This document shows positions 58,907 to 64,000 of a stretch of DNA of 64,000 bases, piece by piece (the first letter of the stretch is position 1; every line of letters starts with the position of its first letter). The notes under the pieces are model-generated. The model worked only from the letters and a program-made list of their open reading frames with translations. It did not search any database and was not told the origin of the DNA. Location of the stretch: NCBI GenBank assembly GCA_963787835.1, contig CAWBEI010000002.1, positions 832,001 to 896,000 on the forward strand. The letters run 5' to 3'. The DNA is from Ignavibacteriota bacterium (GTDB taxonomy: Bacteria > Bacteroidota > Ignavibacteria > Palsa-1295). Position numbers and translations under genes: made by a program.

Positions 58907-61636
58907 ATGAAGCATTTCAGTACACTTTCGCGGGTTTTCGCCGCTTTCCTCGTGACCATTTGCCTCGGCACGACGGCAGTTCATGCCCAATCCTTCACGT
59001 ATTCCCCCGATACGTTGACCTTCACCCCCACGAGTCAGGATTCCGTTATCGGCTATGTTCGCATCGCTTATAACAGCGATACCACTGGCCCAGGGACACA
59101 TATCCATGCCTGGATCTCCGATGGCTCCTCTTTTTTCGGCTGCCCTACGGACACGGTGTTCACGAAATCCTATTTTTATCTGAGGGTTGCGTATAAACCA
59201 CAGAGCGATACTGTACGAGGTCAGGTCACTATTTCGGACGATACGATCACGCGAACCGTATTGCTAATCGGTTATTCGCTCCCACCGGCGCCTGCAATAT
59301 CGGGCGATGGGCCTTATTTCCCGAACATTCCAGAAGGCCACGATACGTGCGTCCTGTATCCGAACGGTGGCTTGCACATGGTGAATACGACCGGTAATCC
59401 CGACACGATTCGCAGCGTTTCATTTAGTCACAATCCCGAGGGGATTTTTACGTGGGATTCTGTTTCGCTTCCCTATATCCTCGGTGCGCACGATACCGTC
59501 AACTGGACGTTCTGTTTTCATGCCCCGGATAACACGGAAGAACATATCGACACCCTGCTGATCTCTTATGGTTACCAGGGAACCGTCTTCAGCCGCATCG
59601 TCGAAGGCACTGCAACCACATCCGATGGCGGTCTTTCTGCTGGAAACTTCTATTTCTCGAACCACATGGCCGAAGGTTCCGATACCTGTGTGTCCATAAT
59701 GGTTATCAATACCGGCGCTATCACCGATACCCTTGAAGATGCAAGCTGGTCTCATAATCCAAACGGAATTTTTGTATGGGATTCAGGCAGCGGGGCGTAT
59801 CCCCTCATCTTGGGACCGCATGATACCATTGGCTTTGGGGTCTGCTTTCATGCTCCTGACAATACCGAGACCTACACCGATACGATCTCTATCCGCTATA
59901 ACAATGCGAATGGTTCCGGGTGGTACGTTGCGCGAACTGTTTCTGCTGCTGCCGTCACAAACGACGACCAACTCCGCGCAGAAGGTCCTTATTTCCCGGA
60001 ACAAAAGCCGGAAGGATTTGACACCTGCGTTACCATGAGACTTACCAACAACAGTGGCCAGACGGATACGGTCGAGCACATTAGCTGGTCGCACAATCCT
60101 AATGGAGTTTTTACATGGGACTCTACCACGGTTCCGTTCACCATCGGCGCGCACGATACAGTTTGGCAAACGTTCTGCTATCACGCGCCGGACAACACCA
60201 ATTCCAACTTCGATACCCTCATCGTTACCTATAACGATGCGAATGGCGCGGGATGGTTCGATACCAGGGTCATCTCTGAAACGGCAGTCGATACTGCGCC
60301 GCCGGATGGTCCACTGAATCTGTATGATGGCCCCTATTTCCCGGACGTGGTCGATGAGGGTCACGATACGTGCGCCACAATGCGCGTGATCAATTCCGGT
60401 GCCGATCTCGATACGATCGTAAGCGTTGCATGGTCGCATAACCCGAATGGGATCTTTACGTGGGACTCGGTTTCGCTCCCGACGACCATCGGTTCGAACG
60501 ACACCGATCTCTGGACGTTCTGTTTCCATGCGCCAGACGATACGAATCTGTACATCGACACTTTTACCGTTTATTATCGCGATGCCTATGGCGACGGCCG
60601 GTATAGCACCCGAATTATCGAGGGAAAAGCCACCGACCCTTCCATTACAACCTGCTACACACTCTACGCGGCGACCTTCGCAACCACTAATATTGGCGAC
60701 ACGAGCGAAGTCACGCTTTATATTCGGAACGATCTGAAACATACTTCTTCTCTTACGAGCATCCATATCTCTGGAACCGATGATGGAACGTTCCGCGTAG
60801 ATTCTTCGAACTTCCCGCTTTCGATCGATTCCAGTGCGTATGGTGAAGTGCTTTTGAAATTCATTCCGAACCGCCATGATGGCAGCGATGAATACAATGC
60901 CACGCTCACCGCGTCCTTTTCAACAGATGACACCACTCATTGCCGCGAAGCATCCGTTGCGCTCGTAGGCTATATGCCGCAAGCCTGCTCCGATACGGCA
61001 ACCGTCGATATCGATACGACTGGTGTTCACGATGTGGATATCACTGGCGACTCCGTGACCTATTATGCACACCGTATTGACATCGTCAATAACACGAACA
61101 ATACGATCGTCGTAAGCCAGATACGCTTCATTGATTCCTCTTCAAACTTTTACATTTATCAAACGATTCCGGGAACTCCGGATACGCTCGCGCCAGGTAA
61201 AGGGATGGCGGTCATCATCCATTTCTATGGCGATACCGGCCAGACCTATTATGACACGCTGGCTGTAACGATCCAGAATGGCATCACGATCTATGGCGGG
61301 AAAGCCACGCCGCTTTCAGGCCCCAGTACGCTCCTCATTGGCTTAAAGGGGGAGCTACTTGCAGCGCCCGCAAGCGTCGCAAACAACACGCCGAGCGGAC
61401 CCATCCTCGCGCTCTATCCAAACCCAAGTTCGGGTTTAGTTACCATGCAGATCGATGGCGCAACGAATGTAACGTTCCAGATCATGGATATTCTCGGCAA
61501 CATGGTGGCAAGCCACGTCGGATCGGGAACCTGGCAATGGGATGCTACCGCTGCCGGGCTCGCCAACGGAACCTACTTTGTCCGCGCCACAAGCGGAACT
61601 TCGGTCACGACAAAACGCCTCGTACTCCAGAGATAA
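58907..61636 (+). CDS. T9SS-secreted protein with four tandem ~112-aa Ig-like repeats
   Basis: GPYFP..EG.DTC...WSHNP.GIFTWDS...FCFHAPD repeated four times; LYPNP...GTYFVR CTD. Confidence 0.85.
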   Translation: MKHFSTLSRVFAAFLVTICLGTTAVHAQSFTYSPDTLTFTPTSQDSVIGYVRIAYNSDTTGPGTHIHAWISDGSSFFGCPTDTVFTKSYFYLRVAYKPQSDTVRGQVTISDDTITRTVLLIGYSLPPAPAISGDGPYFPNIPEGHDTCVLYPNGGLHMVNTTGNPDTIRSVSFSHNPEGIFTWDSVSLPYILGAHDTVNWTFCFHAPDNTEEHIDTLLISYGYQGTVFSRIVEGTATTSDGGLSAGNFYFSNHMAEGSDTCVSIMVINTGAITDTLEDASWSHNPNGIFVWDSGSGAYPLILGPHDTIGFGVCFHAPDNTETYTDTISIRYNNANGSGWYVARTVSAAAVTNDDQLRAEGPYFPEQKPEGFDTCVTMRLTNNSGQTDTVEHISWSHNPNGVFTWDSTTVPFTIGAHDTVWQTFCYHAPDNTNSNFDTLIVTYNDANGAGWFDTRVISETAVDTAPPDGPLNLYDGPYFPDVVDEGHDTCATMRVINSGADLDTIVSVAWSHNPNGIFTWDSVSLPTTIGSNDTDLWTFCFHAPDDTNLYIDTFTVYYRDAYGDGRYSTRIIEGKATDPSITTCYTLYAATFATTNIGDTSEVTLYIRNDLKHTSSLTSIHISGTDDGTFRVDSSNFPLSIDSSAYGEVLLKFIPNRHDGSDEYNATLTASFSTDDTTHCREASVALVGYMPQACSDTATVDIDTTGVHDVDITGDSVTYYAHRIDIVNNTNNTIVVSQIRFIDSSSNFYIYQTIPGTPDTLAPGKGMAVIIHFYGDTGQTYYDTLAVTIQNGITIYGGKATPLSGPSTLLIGLKGELLAAPASVANNTPSGPILALYPNPSSGLVTMQIDGATNVTFQIMDILGNMVASHVGSGTWQWDATAAGLANGTYFVRATSGTSVTTKRLVLQR

Positions 61637-61656
61637 GACATAAAATATGTGGGATG

Positions 61657-61692
61657 TTAAAAGGGACGCTCTGAAAAGAGCGTCCCTTTTAA
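61657..61692. terminator. Bidirectional Rho-independent terminator
   Basis: ttaaaagggacgctct-gaaa-agagcgtcccttttaa between convergent genes. Confidence 0.8.
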
Positions 61693-61714
61693 ATTGACTG
61701 AAAATTTCGGCTTC

Positions 61715-62125
61715 CTAACTCAACTCATATTCGATCTCAAACGCGACTTCGCTTGTAGCTGAATGATAGTTCGCATTCCCGGTGATTCCCGTTAGGGCAT
61801 CCGTGCCGGAACCCGGAAGGATAGTCAGGTTTCCGTTCAACATGCCGTTATCGAACGTGCCACGGTCTTCCATCACGAACGTGCCGGATTTCCCATTTAG
61901 CGTACCATCGAATCGCATCAGGCCAACAAATGTGGCCGATGCATTGTGCTGATCCGCATCATCGGAGTGCCTGTAAAACATCAGCCACACGACCGATGCC
62001 GTGCCCACGATCTCTCCAGTGAACGCAAGCTCGACAGTAGCATTCGTGAGCTTTTTATCTACGGCGATCTGGTCATACGTTTTCTCATCCCATTTCGTCG
62101 GTTTGAAGGTGCCGGTTGCTTTCAT
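61715..62125 (-). CDS. DUF3224-like protein
   Basis: ATGTF...WDE...F.G.I.G...FDGTLNGKSGTFV...ILPGSGTD.LTGI.G. Confidence 0.75.
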   Translation of the reverse strand: MKATGTFKPTKWDEKTYDQIAVDKKLTNATVELAFTGEIVGTASVVWLMFYRHSDDADQHNASATFVGLMRFDGTLNGKSGTFVMEDRGTFDNGMLNGNLTILPGSGTDALTGITGNANYHSATSEVAFEIEYELS

Positions 62126-62184
62126 GGGAGGTATAACATGATGGGGTTAGTGGAAAATTCGAGTAAATTAGTCGAGGGCGCTTC

Positions 62185-63255
62185 TCAGTGCTGAACGATA
62201 AACTTTGCGGGAGTGCTAACTCGCTCGCTAGTATATGTGACAAAATAGGTTCCGTTCGGCCAGGAGTGTGTGTCGATAGCCTCGTTCTCATTCGAGGTTA
62301 CCTCTTCGTTGTATAGCATATTGCCTATAATATTGTAAATCTTCAGATAGCCATCAGTATGGAGTAGTGAGATGTTAACAAAGCCATTCACAATATTAGG
62401 GGAGATTGTAAGCGCATCCTGCAATGCGTTAGCCGTGGTGACTCCGAGCGGAAGAGGAAGATATTTTTCAGAGTCGGATCCACAACGTATTTGCTCTTCA
62501 AAGCTTGGGAAGAGGCTGAATGGGAGGAAATTGTAGTTCTTATCGAAGCTAATGACAGTCTGGAATCCTGGAGAGATAATAAGGGGTTCGGTTCCAACAG
62601 GTTTAACAATACTATCATAAATTGTCTGCGTAGCATATCCATCTCCAAGTTGGATTTGTGGATTGTAATTGGGATCTATGGACGTGCTGACGCTAAAACC
62701 TTGAGTAAATGTACTATCGGGGCTACACCATGGAAGTGCACCACTCCCACCAAATGACTGAGAGTAGGGGTCTGCTGTGTTCGGCATATAGGAGTAGGAA
62801 AAAGAAAAGGTTGAGGATCGGCAAATTGCCGAAGAAAAATACTGTTTGAATGATGACGGAGCCATATCTACCCGCAAGCGTAAATGCCAATTATATTGAT
62901 AGTATTCTGAATAATTGGTATGGACGGTTAGGTAGTCATAAATAGAGAACCAGTAACTGCTCAATTCACGAACGTTTGAACTATCGCCGAATTGGCCAAG
63001 AATCATGACGTGCCCGCAAGTGGCGTTCCCTGTATCTCGAATAGCACATGTAACGAGCGAGTCGCTCCAGTGTAGAACGGTTAAAGGCAACCCCTCAATA
63101 AACACACTGCCAGGTGTGGAATTAAACACCCCATAAATGCACAATGTTTGATTTATCTCATCACAAAAGAGGTAGTCAATACGATTTTGTCCGGCACAAG
63201 TAGAACTTGTCCGAAGGATTATGAAAATGAAGAGTGATAGAATTCGAATCTTCAT
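62185..63255 (-). CDS. T9SS-secreted protein with an N-terminal IPT/TIG-like domain
   Basis: Signal peptide; L.IYG.F...PGSV.I...WSDSLVTC; IYNIIG...GTYFV CTD. Confidence 0.7.
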   Translation of the reverse strand: MKIRILSLFIFIILRTSSTCAGQNRIDYLFCDEINQTLCIYGVFNSTPGSVFIEGLPLTVLHWSDSLVTCAIRDTGNATCGHVMILGQFGDSSNVRELSSYWFSIYDYLTVHTNYSEYYQYNWHLRLRVDMAPSSFKQYFSSAICRSSTFSFSYSYMPNTADPYSQSFGGSGALPWCSPDSTFTQGFSVSTSIDPNYNPQIQLGDGYATQTIYDSIVKPVGTEPLIISPGFQTVISFDKNYNFLPFSLFPSFEEQIRCGSDSEKYLPLPLGVTTANALQDALTISPNIVNGFVNISLLHTDGYLKIYNIIGNMLYNEEVTSNENEAIDTHSWPNGTYFVTYTSERVSTPAKFIVQH

Positions 63256-64000
63256 TGCAATTTAATAAACTTCAATGACCGCACTTCATTGCCAGACTGA
63301 ACCCTGAGAATATATTCGCCGGGTGTGCCGATCTGGTCATTCAGTGATATAAGGTTCTCTCCAGTATTGAGCGATTGATTCATCGTGGCGCACTTGTGGC
63401 CAAGAATATCGAAGACATCTATTCGAGCAGAAGAATAGGAAGAGGATAATTCCAAAAGTAGTTTTCCTCCTTGCGTAACCAAGGAAGCAGTGGGGTTATT
63501 ATCTTCCAAACCACCTTTGACAGCTTCGTTCACAGGAGGAGGAAATTCTGTTGGTGACGATTGCATCCATCCACAAACCTTAGTGCCTTGTGCCCCAGAG
63601 GCACAAGCGCCGCCATTATGGAATGGGAACCCAAAAGTCGAATCCCAAGAAACAGGATCGCAAGGGTATGGACAATCATCTATGACATCAGGAACCACAT
63701 AGCAATGATGCGTGATTGTTCGGTTCACAGGGTCAATGATTGAAGTGTCGATTGGTCTTCCCGTTTCATTCAATGGATTCTCTGGCTCATTCGGAACAGA
63801 GGAATATAGCGTGTGTGTGTATAATGATGCAAGGGAAGGTTTTACCTTGAGAGTCGTCCTGCTATTTATATGACTCTGCAAGTCGCAGCGCAAAAGAAGT
63901 GAGTCCGTATAGTTATTATTAATCCCGCCGCCATTATTACCCTGTGACATAATATCAATATCAACAATGTCAAAAACTGCGACGTGAAAGTACGTTATCA
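63252..64000 (-). CDS. T9SS-secreted protein (5' end outside the window) sharing the CTD of the genes at 660 and 1834
   Basis: Frame is open to the window edge; TASLVTQ...IDVFDILGHKC...GEY...SGNEVRSLKF. Confidence 0.75.
   Translation of the reverse strand, partial: ITYFHVAVFDIVDIDIMSQGNNGGGINNNYTDSLLLRCDLQSHINSRTTLKVKPSLASLYTHTLYSSVPNEPENPLNETGRPIDTSIIDPVNRTITHHCYVVPDVIDDCPYPCDPVSWDSTFGFPFHNGGACASGAQGTKVCGWMQSSPTEFPPPVNEAVKGGLEDNNPTASLVTQGGKLLLELSSSYSSARIDVFDILGHKCATMNQSLNTGENLISLNDQIGTPGEYILRVQSGNEVRSLKFIKLQ

Noticed and set aside
1-64000. CRISPR array, integron attC array or diversity-generating retroelement
   Set aside because: No regularly spaced direct repeats with unique spacers and no cas, integrase or reverse-transcriptase ORF. 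Paralog differences do not look adenine-specific, and the palindromes differ from each other with no consistent attC core sites.

Overview
The window looks like chromosomal DNA from an FCB-superphylum bacterium (Bacteroidota, Ignavibacteria or Kapabacteria-like). This is inferred from many T9SS/Por-type C-terminal sorting domains (CTDs) and TAnnTTTG promoter boxes. Layout: (1) 47-9105, a compact HK97-type head, connector and lysis cluster (prohead protease, major capsid, connector, two unknowns, SLT lysin, membrane protein). It has no recognisable tail-tube or tape-measure gene, is interrupted by host-type secreted-protein genes, and most of its intergenic gaps hold a palindromic repeat, each of a different kind. 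(2) A large T9SS protein, then xseA-xseB-dxs; xseA and dxs carry in-frame palindromic insertions. (3) 17.7-30.2 kb, four tandem mosaic IgGFc-binding-domain T9SS paralogs, one split by an in-frame TAG. (4) 30.2-43.3 kb, a minus-strand cluster of five secreted proteins with cohesin-, dockerin- and Pmp-beta-helix-like modules. (5) A TPR protein, tRNA-Arg(CCG), a candidate structured RNA, rlpA and a frameshifted DUF2961 gene. (6) A small toxin-antitoxin module flanked by two synonymous-variant copies of the 3' end of a DEAD-box helicase gene. (7) A fibre-like protein, a membrane/soluble TIR-TPR pair, lipocalin, SRPBCC, a class V aminotransferase and further T9SS cargo genes. No CRISPR array, rRNA, integrase, transposase or reverse transcriptase was seen. 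All domain calls come from motif recognition by eye, not database searches.
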